This document shows positions 40,771 to 49,325 of a stretch of DNA of 64,000 nucleotides, one piece after another (position 1 is the first letter of the stretch; every line of letters begins with the position of its first letter). This stretch comes from Candidatus Deferrimicrobiaceae bacterium (GTDB taxonomy: Bacteria > Desulfobacterota > Deferrimicrobia > Deferrimicrobiales > Deferrimicrobiaceae), in contig CAWBVY010000006.1 in NCBI GenBank assembly GCA_963792415.1, forward strand, positions 192,001 to 256,000, in the 5' to 3' direction. The notes below the pieces were generated by a model that was not told the DNA's origin, searched no databases, and saw only the letters and a program-made list of their open reading frames with translations. The position numbers and the translations under genes are program-made.

Positions 40771-41382
40771 CTACAATTTCCGGTAGACGCCGACGACTTT
40801 TCCGGCGATGCGGAACGACGGGGCGCCGGCGGGGACGACGATGGCCGGATAGGCCGGGTTGGCGGCCTCGAGCCGGACCTTCCCCTTCCATCGGCGGAAC
40901 CGCTTGACGGTGGCATCGCCGTCGATCACGGCGACGACGATCTCCCCTTCCTCCGCGCGGGGCTGCGACCGGACAACGACGTGGTCCCCGTCGCAGATGT
41001 GGACCCCCGTCATGCTGTCCCCCTTGACCCGAAGGGAGAAGACCTCGCCCTCCCCCACCAGGCCGGGATCGAGGAGAAGTTCCCCCTCGACCTCCTCGAT
41101 CGCCTCGCGCGGCCCCCCGGCGGGAACCCGGCCCAGGACCGGGACGCGCACGGCGGACCGGGGGTGGCTCTCCCCCACGAACTCGATCCGGCGCGGATGG
41201 TGGCGCTTGCGCCGGATGTACCCCTTGCGCTCCAGAAGCTCCAGGTAGTAGAAGCCGTTCTTCACGGCGATCCCGAAACGGCTCGCGATCTCCGCGGCCG
41301 TCGGGGCGAACCGGTGGCGCTCCGCGAACTCCCGGAGGAAGTCGAGGACCCGCCGCTGCGTCGGTGTCAGGGGGGCGACCAT
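40771..41382 (-). CDS. lexA: SOS transcriptional repressor LexA
   Basis: LTPTQRRVLDFL...PTAAEIA wHTH, Ala-Gly site VPAGGP, catalytic Ser in GDSM, catalytic Lys in TVKRF. Confidence 0.94.
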   Translation of the reverse strand: MVAPLTPTQRRVLDFLREFAERHRFAPTAAEIASRFGIAVKNGFYYLELLERKGYIRRKRHHPRRIEFVGESHPRSAVRVPVLGRVPAGGPREAIEEVEGELLLDPGLVGEGEVFSLRVKGDSMTGVHICDGDHVVVRSQPRAEEGEIVVAVIDGDATVKRFRRWKGKVRLEAANPAYPAIVVPAGAPSFRIAGKVVGVYRKL

Positions 41383-41408
41383 GCATGTATACTACTATAC
41401 ATGCATGG
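41379..41408. promoter_or_regulatory. Perfect inverted repeat over the lexA start; candidate LexA operator
   Basis: CCATGCATGTATA-CTAC-TATACATGCATGG (13-bp arms, 4-bp spacer), AT-rich in a high-GC background. Confidence 0.7.
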
Positions 41409-41428
41409 AAGAAGGAAAGAGGACGTAC

Positions 41429-41743
41429 CTAGTCGAGGTCGATGTCCCGGATGGGGCGGGGCGCCGGCTCGTCCTTCGACTTCTCGATGTGGCTCTTGAA
41501 GAGTTGGTCCAGCACCGCGCCTCGCCCCTTTTCGGTCTTCACGATCTGGTCGTACCGTTCGTGGATGCGCGCCGTTTCCTGCTCGAGAACCTGCCGCGCG
41601 TCCTTCAGGTCGACCCCGGCGCGCGCATGTGCGGCTTTTTCGCTTCCGAGCACGGCGCCGCTCGCCGGGTCGACGGTGAGCCGCGCTTCACAGCACGGGC
41701 AGGTCACTTCGAGCACGCCACCCTTTTCGGGATGATCCGGCAT
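41429..41743 (-). CDS. Small hypothetical protein with CPCC motif and C-terminal PIRDIDLD
   Basis: LEVTCPCCEARLTVDPASGAVL; AGGAGGG RBS; coiled-coil-like middle. Confidence 0.7.
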   Translation of the reverse strand: MPDHPEKGGVLEVTCPCCEARLTVDPASGAVLGSEKAAHARAGVDLKDARQVLEQETARIHERYDQIVKTEKGRGAVLDQLFKSHIEKSKDEPAPRPIRDIDLD

Positions 41744-41818
41744 CGCACCCTCCTGGTGAATCCGCCTTCGATTCTTCCGCTCTCATTGTAGGATGGATCT
41801 ACCGTGGATGCCACGGGG

Positions 41819-41955
41819 TGACATTTTTTGGCACATTTCATCGATCGTTCCCATATCCATGCCAAAAATTGTCTCCCACGTCGTCAGACTGTATTCTATA
41901 ACTACTTGTTATTTATTATTATTTCAGATTCATTCCGGTTGGCATGCTTATTCCA
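41819..41955 (+). promoter_or_regulatory. Putative sigma54-type promoter region (two activator sites, IHF-like site, -24/-12)
   Basis: TGACA-N5-TGGCA (41819) and TGCCA-N5-TGTCT (41860); TAACTACTTGTTAT IHF-like site (~41899); TGGCATGCTTATTCCA (41940). Confidence 0.5.
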
Positions 41956-42019
41956 TAAGAAGCAGGCAGGGGTGGAGGCGCGGGATGCGGCGGAGGACAT
42001 CTCCCCCCGGAGGAACACC

Positions 42020-42481
42020 ATGAGACGCACTCTGTTCGTCGCGATCCTTCTGGCGGCCGTATCCATCCCGACACGGGGGCACGCCGACACCGACGGGACC
42101 ATCGGGGTGGTTCGCAACTTCGCGGGTTCGGCGACCGTCACCCGTGGCGACACCGTTCTTCCGGCGACGACGGGGACCAGGCTTCACGTCGGGGACACGC
42201 TCGGCACGGGCCCCGACGGATCGCTCGGCGTCGTCCTGCGGGATAATTCCTCCCTTTCGCTCGGGCCGTCCAGCAGCCTCGTCCTCCGCGAGTTTCTCTT
42301 CTCGCCCTCCGAGAATAAATTCGGCCTGCTGGTCCGTCTCTCCAAGGGGACCATGGCATACCTCTCGGGCCTGATCGGAAAACTGGCGCCGGAGAAGGCC
42401 CGTTTCGAAACCCCGACCGCCACCATCGGCATCCGGGGGACCCACTTCGCCGTGAAGGCAGAAGGCCCCGTATCGCAATAA
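42020..42481 (+). CDS. Exported FecR-domain protein (paralog of 27698-28162)
   Basis: Signal peptide; GDTLGTGPDGSLGVVLRD, GTMAYLSGLIGKLAP, FETPTATIGIRGT; GGAGG RBS. Confidence 0.87.
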   Translation: MRRTLFVAILLAAVSIPTRGHADTDGTIGVVRNFAGSATVTRGDTVLPATTGTRLHVGDTLGTGPDGSLGVVLRDNSSLSLGPSSSLVLREFLFSPSENKFGLLVRLSKGTMAYLSGLIGKLAPEKARFETPTATIGIRGTHFAVKAEGPVSQ

Positions 42482-42600
42482 AAGTCGCTCGGAACGAAAT
42501 TCCCCACCAGCCGCCCGTCCCTGTCGGAACGATATCCCCGCCGACCGTGCTATAAAGCATATGCACGGCAGCCCTCCACACGACGACAGGGGGAGGATCG

Positions 42601-43380
42601 ATGACGACAATGCTCGCGGGCGGACGCCGCATCGAGGCCGTCTGGCACGGGCCCGGGCCGGAGATCGCCCCCACGCTCGTCTTCCTCCACGACGGCATCG
42701 GATGCGCCGCGACGTGGCGTGACTTCCCCGCGGCGCTCGCCGGCGAAACGGGGTGCGGCGCGCTTGTCTACAGCCGCGCCGGGTACGGCGGCTCCGATCC
42801 CGTCGCGCTTCCTCGACCGCTCACCTACCTGCACGACGAGGGATTCCTCGGCCTTCCGGATCTGCTCGACGCGGCGGGAGTCCGCCGCGCCTTTCTCGTC
42901 GGGCACAGCGACGGCGGTTCCATCGCGCTGCTGCACGCATCGACGCGGCGGTCCCTGCCGAGGGTCCGCGGTCTCCTGCTCGAGGCGCCGCACGTCTTCT
43001 GCGAGGAGGTCACCGTGCGCTCGATCGAGAAGGCGCGCGACGAATACCTCCACGCCGACCTGAGGGCGAGGCTCGAACGGCACCATGGCGGGAACGTCGA
43101 TTGCGCCTTCTGGGGATGGAACCGGGCCTGGCTCGATCCTGGGTTTCTCGCCTGGAACATCGAGGATTGCCTGCCCGCCGTCACGGTCCCGGTGCTCGTG
43201 GTACAGGGGACCGACGATCCGTACGGGACCCTTCGCCAGGTCGAAGCGATCGAACGGCAATGCGGCGGGCCGGTCCGGCGCAGCATCCTCGAGCAGTGCG
43301 GCCACAGCCCGCATCGCGATCAGCGCGTACGGACGCTCTCGGCCATGGCCGCGTTCCTCCGCGAGATGGGGGGGATCTAG
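42601..43380 (+). CDS. Alpha/beta fold hydrolase
   Basis: VFLHDGIG, GHSDGG nucleophile, QGTDDPYG, GHSPH. Confidence 0.88.
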   Translation: MTTMLAGGRRIEAVWHGPGPEIAPTLVFLHDGIGCAATWRDFPAALAGETGCGALVYSRAGYGGSDPVALPRPLTYLHDEGFLGLPDLLDAAGVRRAFLVGHSDGGSIALLHASTRRSLPRVRGLLLEAPHVFCEEVTVRSIEKARDEYLHADLRARLERHHGGNVDCAFWGWNRAWLDPGFLAWNIEDCLPAVTVPVLVVQGTDDPYGTLRQVEAIERQCGGPVRRSILEQCGHSPHRDQRVRTLSAMAAFLREMGGI

Positions 43381-43386
43381 GGTCGC

Positions 43387-43959
43387 TTGGCGCCGAAACT
43401 TCGCCTTTCAAAGGCGCTTCCGCGCACGTTTTACGATCGCGATACCGTCGCGGTCGCGAGGGATCTTCTGGGGAAGCACCTGGTCCACGTGTCTGGCGGC
43501 GTGGAGCGGATCGGCAGGATCGTGGAGGTCGAGGCGTACCTGGGCCCGCACGACCTCGCCTCCCACTCCTCGCGGGGACGCACCGCCCGGACCGGGGTCA
43601 TGTTCGGCCCGCCGGGTCACGCCTATGTATATCTTGTGTACGGCATGCACTGCTGCATGAACGTCGTGACCGAGCGAGACGGGCACGCATCCGCCGTGCT
43701 GATCCGGGCCGTCGAGCCGGTGAAGAATATCGAAGGTTCCACCCGGGGCCCCGGCCGCCTCTGCAAGGCGATGCACATCGACCGGGGACGCAACGGGCAC
43801 GACCTGACCAGCGACGATTTTCATGTCGCCGATCCGGCCGCGCCGGAACCTCTCTCCATCGTCAAGAGACCCCGCGTCGGCGTCGACTACGCCGGGAAAT
43901 GGGCGAGAAGACTCCTGAGGTTCTACATCCGTGGGAACCCGTTTCTCTCGAAGCCTTAA
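43387..43959 (+). CDS. mpg: DNA-3-methyladenine glycosylase (AAG/MPG type)
   Basis: GRIVEVEAYLG, MFGPPGHAYVYLVYGMH, AVLIRAVEP, GPGRLC, PRVGV. Confidence 0.93.
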   Translation: MAPKLRLSKALPRTFYDRDTVAVARDLLGKHLVHVSGGVERIGRIVEVEAYLGPHDLASHSSRGRTARTGVMFGPPGHAYVYLVYGMHCCMNVVTERDGHASAVLIRAVEPVKNIEGSTRGPGRLCKAMHIDRGRNGHDLTSDDFHVADPAAPEPLSIVKRPRVGVDYAGKWARRLLRFYIRGNPFLSKP

Positions 43960-43990
43960 ATAATGTACTGCTTTAGATAATACCTGTTAA

Positions 43991-45295
43991 TTACATCATT
44001 TCCCTTATTTTTTTAAGAACAGCGATGTTCTGCGTGTGACCCGTCATCCGGGCGACCACCCTCGCCTGCAAACGCCGGCCGAGAAGGTAGAAATCCCCGA
44101 TCATGTCCATGATCTTGTGGCGCACCGGCTCATCCGGGAATCGAAGGGCGTCGTTGATCGGTCCATCCTCCCCGAAGAGGACGAAGTTGTCGAAGCGCCC
44201 GCCGAGAGCCAACCCCTGCCGCTGCAATTGCCCGATGTCCCGCGCGAACCCGAAGGTTCGGGCGGGGGCGATCTCCTTCCGATAGGTCGCGGGGTCGTCG
44301 AGACGGAAGACGTATCGCTGCTTGCCGACCGGGGCCGGATATTCGAGCGTGTAGTCGATCTCGAACGCGTCGCACGGCTCGAGGAGGATCGATGCCTTGC
44401 CGGCATCGATCCGGATCGGCTCCTTCACCTGGATCCCGTGCCAGTCCCCGATCTGGTTCTCGAAGCCCACTTCCTCGAACAGGGAACAGAACTCCACGGA
44501 CGAACCGTCCAGCACGGGGACCTCGCCGTTGCACTTGATGAGGAGATTGCTCACCCCGTAGGCGTTGAGCGCGGACATGACGTGCTCGATGGTCGCGACA
44601 TGGGTGGTTCCGAGGCGGATCGTCGTGGCCCACCCGGTCGATTCGACGAAATCGAGGTGCGCGGGAACCGCCCGATTGTCGGAGACCCCGACGAAGTGGA
44701 TCCCCGAATCGGGACCCAGCGGCTCGAAGATCAGGCCGCTCTTCCTCCCGGAATGAAGCCCCTGTCCATACAGGACCGCGCTGCGGGCGAGCGTCCGCTG
44801 GGGAATGAGGGCCCCGGGCATCGCCTGGCTCCTGAACACCAGCGGCTGCAGTTCCGGCATCCCCTCCCCGGACCGGAGATCGACCGGGCCGGCGAGGTCC
44901 CCCTCGGCGGGAGTCCGCGCGGCATCCTGCGTCCCGAGCGCCCGACGAATCGCGTTCAGCACGACCTCGAGCTCGAGCGGTTTTTCGATGAAATCCGACG
45001 CGCCGACCTTCGTCGCCTTTATGGCGGTAGATATCGTCGCGTGCCCGCTTATCATGATCACGGGCGTATCGGGCTGCATGGCCTTCATGCGCCGGAGCGT
45101 TTCGATCCCGTCCATTCCCGGCATCCAGATGTCGAGAATCACCAGCGAGGGACGCAGCGATTCAAGCTTGGAGAGCGCATCGGCGCCATCGCTGGCGAGC
45201 GCGCAGGAATACCCCTCGTCGCTCAGAACACCCTCGAGCGATTTCCTGATGCTCGTCTCGTCATCGACGATCAGGATCGGTCCCGGTTGCGCCAT
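43991..45295 (-). CDS. lpxC: Response-regulator receiver domain fused to UDP-3-O-acyl-GlcNAc deacetylase
   Basis: REC motifs ILIVDDE, LDIWMPGMDG, ISGH, FIEKP; LpxC motifs QRTL...GQGLHSG, TIEHVMSAL, PVLDGS, IAPARTFG, RHKIMDMIGD, GH; own GGGAGG RBS; in frame with thiE. Confidence 0.88.
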   Translation of the reverse strand: MAQPGPILIVDDETSIRKSLEGVLSDEGYSCALASDGADALSKLESLRPSLVILDIWMPGMDGIETLRRMKAMQPDTPVIMISGHATISTAIKATKVGASDFIEKPLELEVVLNAIRRALGTQDAARTPAEGDLAGPVDLRSGEGMPELQPLVFRSQAMPGALIPQRTLARSAVLYGQGLHSGRKSGLIFEPLGPDSGIHFVGVSDNRAVPAHLDFVESTGWATTIRLGTTHVATIEHVMSALNAYGVSNLLIKCNGEVPVLDGSSVEFCSLFEEVGFENQIGDWHGIQVKEPIRIDAGKASILLEPCDAFEIDYTLEYPAPVGKQRYVFRLDDPATYRKEIAPARTFGFARDIGQLQRQGLALGGRFDNFVLFGEDGPINDALRFPDEPVRHKIMDMIGDFYLLGRRLQARVVARMTGHTQNIAVLKKIREMM

Positions 45296-45961
45296 GGACG
45301 GTTCCTCCCTTTCCTTTCCAGTTTCTTCCAGTATCCTCTTCAACCGCCGGGTCTCCTGCGAAATATCGTCCGCGGACACGATCGCGGAGATCACGGCCGC
45401 CCCATCCGCCCCCGCTTCCCGCACCTTCCGGGCATTTTCGGCGTTGATCCCCCCGATGGCGACGATCGGGAGACGGCAATGACGGCGGATCCGCACGATG
45501 CAGTCGAGGCCCATGGGCTCGCCGGTGTCCGGCTTCGTCCCCCGCGCCTCGAACACCGGGCCGACCCCAAGGTAATCCGCTCCATCCTTCTCCGCCCGGA
45601 GGGCCTCCTCCACCGTTACCGCCGAAACCCCCAGGATCTTGCCCGGGGCCAGGATCCTCCGCACCACCGACGCCGGCAGGTCGGACTGGCCGACATGGAC
45701 CCCGTCCGCGTCGACCGCCAACGCGATGTCGAGGCGATCGTTCACGATGAAGGGGACCTTCGCCTCGCGTGTGAGGTTCCGCAGCTGCAGCGCCTCCCGG
45801 TACAGCAGGCCGCTTCCGGCTTCCTTGTCCCGCAGCTGAAGCACGTCGGCCCCGCCCGCGATGGCCGCTTCCGCGACCTCGAGATGGGACCGGCCCCGGC
45901 TCAACTTCCGGTCCGTGAGGACGTGGAGCCTCCAAAGGCCCGGGGAAACGGGATCGGTCAT
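45296..45961 (-). CDS. thiE: Thiamine-phosphate synthase (no stop codon; reads into REC-LpxC)
   Basis: LQLRDK, FIVNDRLDIALAVDADGVHVGQSD, DYLGVGPVF, TKPD, VAIGGIN. Confidence 0.9.
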
Positions 45962-45967
45962 CGCCGG

Positions 45968-47029
45968 TCAGCCGCCCTGCGACGCCGCTTTCCCGAAGGC
46001 GGCCCAGAAGGGATCCACCTTGGGATGGATCAGCTCATGGGACGTTCCGCCTTCAAAGTAGCGCATACCGTGTCCTGCCTCCACGATCTCCCCCACCATG
46101 CTCGCCGGGATCCCCTTGTCGCCCAGCCGCCGGAGCACTTCCTTCGCCTTTTGCGGCCTGCAGGTGAGGATCAGCGTCCCCTCGCTGATCGAGGAGTACG
46201 GATCGATGCCGAACAGGTCGCACACGTTCCGAACCGCGTCCTGCACGATGATCTTCTCCTTGTCGATGGTCATGCCGACGCCCGACGCCCGGGCAACCTC
46301 GAACAGACCTCCCCACACCCCGCACTCGGTCGCGTCGTGCATGGTGGTCACCCCGTCCTCCCTCACCCCGGCCTCGATCGCGGTGAAGGCGTCCTCCACG
46401 ATGGACATCTGCCAGAAGACCTCCTCGGCTTCCCGTGCCGCCTTCTCCCCGTACCGCTTCACCATGCGGTCGGGAAAGGTGACGGCGAAGAGTCCGGCCG
46501 CCTCGATGGCCGCCCCCTTGGTGAGGACGACGACATCCCCCAGCCGCGCCATGTCCGGGGTCACGTACCGGTCCTTCGGCCCGATGCCGATCACGGTGGC
46601 CCCGCCGATCATGGGGTATTCGCACCCTTCGTAGCGGCCCGTGTGCCCGGAGATGACGGCCATCCCGATCTTGTCGCACTCCCTGTGCATCACTCCCCAG
46701 AGCGCCTCGAACTCCTCCCGGGTGATGGACAAGGGGAGATTCAGGTCCACGGTGATGTAGTTCGGCCGGATACCCGACGTGACCGCATCGGAAGCGAGGA
46801 TGTGGATCGCGAACCAGCCGGAACGCTCCCACCCGTAGGGGGGCACGACGAAGATGGGATCGGTCGTCGTCACCATCACCTGGCCGTGCCCGAGATCGAC
46901 GACCCCGACATCCACGCCATGACGCGGACCCATCAGGATTTCCGGGCGCTTCCGCCCCAGTTGCGGAAGGATGATCTCGTCGAATATCTCCGAAGACACC
47001 TTCCCGATCGTCGGCAACTCCGTTCTCAT
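45968..47029 (-). CDS. AIR synthase-related (PurM/HypE/ThiL superfamily) protein
   Basis: GPRHGVDVGVV, TTDPI, SDAVTSG, SGHTG, MHDATECGVWGGL, ISEGTLI. Confidence 0.85.
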   Translation of the reverse strand: MRTELPTIGKVSSEIFDEIILPQLGRKRPEILMGPRHGVDVGVVDLGHGQVMVTTTDPIFVVPPYGWERSGWFAIHILASDAVTSGIRPNYITVDLNLPLSITREEFEALWGVMHRECDKIGMAVISGHTGRYEGCEYPMIGGATVIGIGPKDRYVTPDMARLGDVVVLTKGAAIEAAGLFAVTFPDRMVKRYGEKAAREAEEVFWQMSIVEDAFTAIEAGVREDGVTTMHDATECGVWGGLFEVARASGVGMTIDKEKIIVQDAVRNVCDLFGIDPYSSISEGTLILTCRPQKAKEVLRRLGDKGIPASMVGEIVEAGHGMRYFEGGTSHELIHPKVDPFWAAFGKAASQGG

Positions 47030-47139
47030 GTGTTCCTCCAGTGCGGTTTTACAAAGAATATCACCGCGGCGACCGGATCGTGCAAAGATGCCTGGCAGCG
47101 CGCAACGTTTCCGGGAGGCCGGTCCGTGCGACTCCCTCG

Positions 47140-47637
47140 CTACAGGACCACGGGCGTGTCCGGCAATTCGTTCCGGTCGTCGCCGATCGGGGGGAAATGC
47201 TCCGCAAGATGGCGCGTCACTTCCTGGATGCCGCGGACCACGCCCCCTTCATAGTCCGCCTGCCGGAAAGCGGCTTCCATGATTCGACAGATCCCCTCCC
47301 ATTCCCGCTCGCCCACCTTCCCATGAATCCCCCGGTCCGCGACGATCTCCACGTCCCGGTCCGCGAGCAGCAGGTAGATCAGCACGCCGTTGTTCTGTTC
47401 GGTATCCCATATCCGCAACTGCGAAAAGACGTCGATCGCGCGTTCCCGGGCGGATTGGCCCCGCAGGAGCGGCTCGATGTGCAGCGCGGCTTCCACCGCG
47501 AACCGTATTTCGCCGCGGTGCAGGGCCTCGCTCGCCTTGATCGCCCTGTCGATCGCGACCAACGTGTCGCCCGGGAAGGAGCGGTTGACCATCCATCGGG
47601 TCGCCATGAGATGCCTTGCGATGCGTCCAACGCTCAT
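47140..47637 (-). CDS. TPM domain protein
   Basis: HRGEIRFAVE, WDTEQNNGVLIYLLLADRDVEIVADRG, NELPD. Confidence 0.88.
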   Translation of the reverse strand: MSVGRIARHLMATRWMVNRSFPGDTLVAIDRAIKASEALHRGEIRFAVEAALHIEPLLRGQSARERAIDVFSQLRIWDTEQNNGVLIYLLLADRDVEIVADRGIHGKVGEREWEGICRIMEAAFRQADYEGGVVRGIQEVTRHLAEHFPPIGDDRNELPDTPVVL

Positions 47638-47639
47638 CG

Positions 47640-48527
47640 TCACCACCGTCCCGACGCGCCGCCGCCGCCGAACCCGCCGCCGCCGCCGCTGAAACCGCCT
47701 CCGCCGAATCCCCCGCCTCCGAAGCCGCCGCCGCCAAATCCGCCTCCGAAGCCGCCGCCCAGCCCACGCCCTCCCATGCCGCGCAGCAGCGTGAACAGGA
47801 ATGCGATCAGACCTACGATCAGCGCCACGGAGATCGCGCCGGCCAGCATCCAGGTGATCACGGAGACGGCCCCGCCGGTGACCAACGCGCCGGGAAATCT
47901 GCCCAGCACGGTGTGCAGCACCCCGCCCACCACGAGCGCAAGGATCATCATGACGGGCAGGATCGACATGATCCCACGGGCCTCGCCGGGGCGCCGTGGG
48001 GACGGTTCCGGCAACGGCTCGCCGTCGATCACGCGGAGGATACGGTCGACCCCGGCAGAGATCCCTCCGTGGAAATCCCCCTGCCGGAACCGGGGCACGA
48101 TGATCTCGCTGATGATCCGCTTGCAGGCGGCGTCGGTGAGCGCCCCTTCCAGGCCGTACCCCACCTCGATCCGCAGCGTCCGGTCGTCCTTCGCGACGAC
48201 AAGAAGCGCCCCGTCGTCCACGTTCTTCCGCCCCGGCTTCCACCGCTCCGCGACGCGCAAGGCGTATTGCTCGATCGTCTCCGGGGCCGTGGATGGAACG
48301 ATGAGAACCGCGACCTGGCTCCCTTTCCTCTCCTCGAACGACCGCAAGGTCTGTTCCAGGACGGATTTCTGTTCCTCGGTGAGTGTGCCGGTCTGATCGG
48401 TAACACGCCCGGCCAGGGGTGGAACCGGGACCTGTGCCCCGGCAACGACGGCCCAGCAGAGCGCGAGCACCATCAGGGACGCCCTTGCGGTCCTCGGCGC
48501 CACTCCCTCTGCCCTTTCCCTTGCCAC
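47640..48527 (-). CDS. TPM domain protein (YgcG family) with Gly-rich tail
   Basis: GRVTDQTGTL, RIEVGYGLEGALTD, TM helices, GGGFGGGGASGRW terminus. Confidence 0.92.
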   Translation of the reverse strand: MARERAEGVAPRTARASLMVLALCWAVVAGAQVPVPPLAGRVTDQTGTLTEEQKSVLEQTLRSFEERKGSQVAVLIVPSTAPETIEQYALRVAERWKPGRKNVDDGALLVVAKDDRTLRIEVGYGLEGALTDAACKRIISEIIVPRFRQGDFHGGISAGVDRILRVIDGEPLPEPSPRRPGEARGIMSILPVMMILALVVGGVLHTVLGRFPGALVTGGAVSVITWMLAGAISVALIVGLIAFLFTLLRGMGGRGLGGGFGGGFGGGGFGGGGFGGGGFSGGGGGFGGGGASGRW

Positions 48528-48533
48528 TCCCGG

Positions 48534-49136
48534 CTACTTCGTCGGCGGAGGCGCGAAATCGACTTTGGGAGGCTTGGCGACTTCCTTCTCGTTCTCCACG
48601 GTGAAGTTCGGCTTCGTTTTATACCCGAACACCATCGCCGTCAGGTTGGAGGGGAATGACCGCACGGTCACGTTGTACTCCTGCACCGCCTTGATGTAGC
48701 GGTTCCGCGCGACCGCGATCCGGTTCTCGGTCCCTTCGAGCTGCGCCTGCAGATCGCGGAAGTTGGCGTCGGACTTCAACTGCGGATAATTCTCCGCCAC
48801 CACCAGCAGCCGCGAAAGGGCTCCCGACAGCTCTCCCTGGGCGGCCTGGAACTTCCCGAACGCCTCGGGGCTGTTGATCAGTTCCGGCGTCGCCTGGATG
48901 CTGCCCACCTTGGCGCGAGCGTTTGTGACACCCAGCAACACTTCTTTTTCCTGGGCGGCGAACCCCTTCACCGTGTTCACCAGGTTGGGGATCAGGTCCG
49001 CGCGGCGCTGGTACTGGTTCAGGACCTCGGACCAGCTCGACTTGATCAGCTCATCGTTCTGCTGGAACGTGTTGTAGCCGCAGCCCGCGAAGGTGAGTGC
49101 GAGGAACACCGTGAGGACCGCCGATGATTTCCGCAT
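48534..49136 (-). CDS. lemA: LemA family protein
   Basis: GCGYN, QYQRRADLIPNLV, ENYPQLKSD, LEGTENRIAVAR. Confidence 0.94.
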   Translation of the reverse strand: MRKSSAVLTVFLALTFAGCGYNTFQQNDELIKSSWSEVLNQYQRRADLIPNLVNTVKGFAAQEKEVLLGVTNARAKVGSIQATPELINSPEAFGKFQAAQGELSGALSRLLVVAENYPQLKSDANFRDLQAQLEGTENRIAVARNRYIKAVQEYNVTVRSFPSNLTAMVFGYKTKPNFTVENEKEVAKPPKVDFAPPPTK

Positions 49137-49252
49137 GTTTCCCCCCTTTTGAAGAGCGTGCCGGATCGACGCGTCACGATCCCGTTCGCGGTTGCGGGTT
49201 GAAGGTTGACGGAGTTCAATGTCTTGATTATGCACGAGTTCGCCGGCCGATG

Positions 49253-49285
49253 AAAAGCCCGACCACCTCGCCGGGTGGCCGGGCT
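49253..49285 (-). terminator. Intrinsic terminator after the NmrA-like gene
   Basis: AGCCCGACCACC...GGTGGCCGGGCT stem with an adjacent A4. Confidence 0.6.
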
Positions 49286-49325
49286 CGTTCCCGTCCCTTT
49301 CTTTACCGGAGTTCCGCCGGAGGGG

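Noticed and set aside
42489-42542. Imperfect direct repeat TCGGAACGA-W2-3-TCCCCRCC between the FecR and hydrolase genes
   Set aside because: There are only two degenerate copies and no supporting context.
47640-47780. GGC/CCG-rich tandem repeats as a repeat array or CRISPR
   Set aside because: They encode the normal GGGFGGG tail of YgcG/TPM proteins; there is no repeat-spacer structure.
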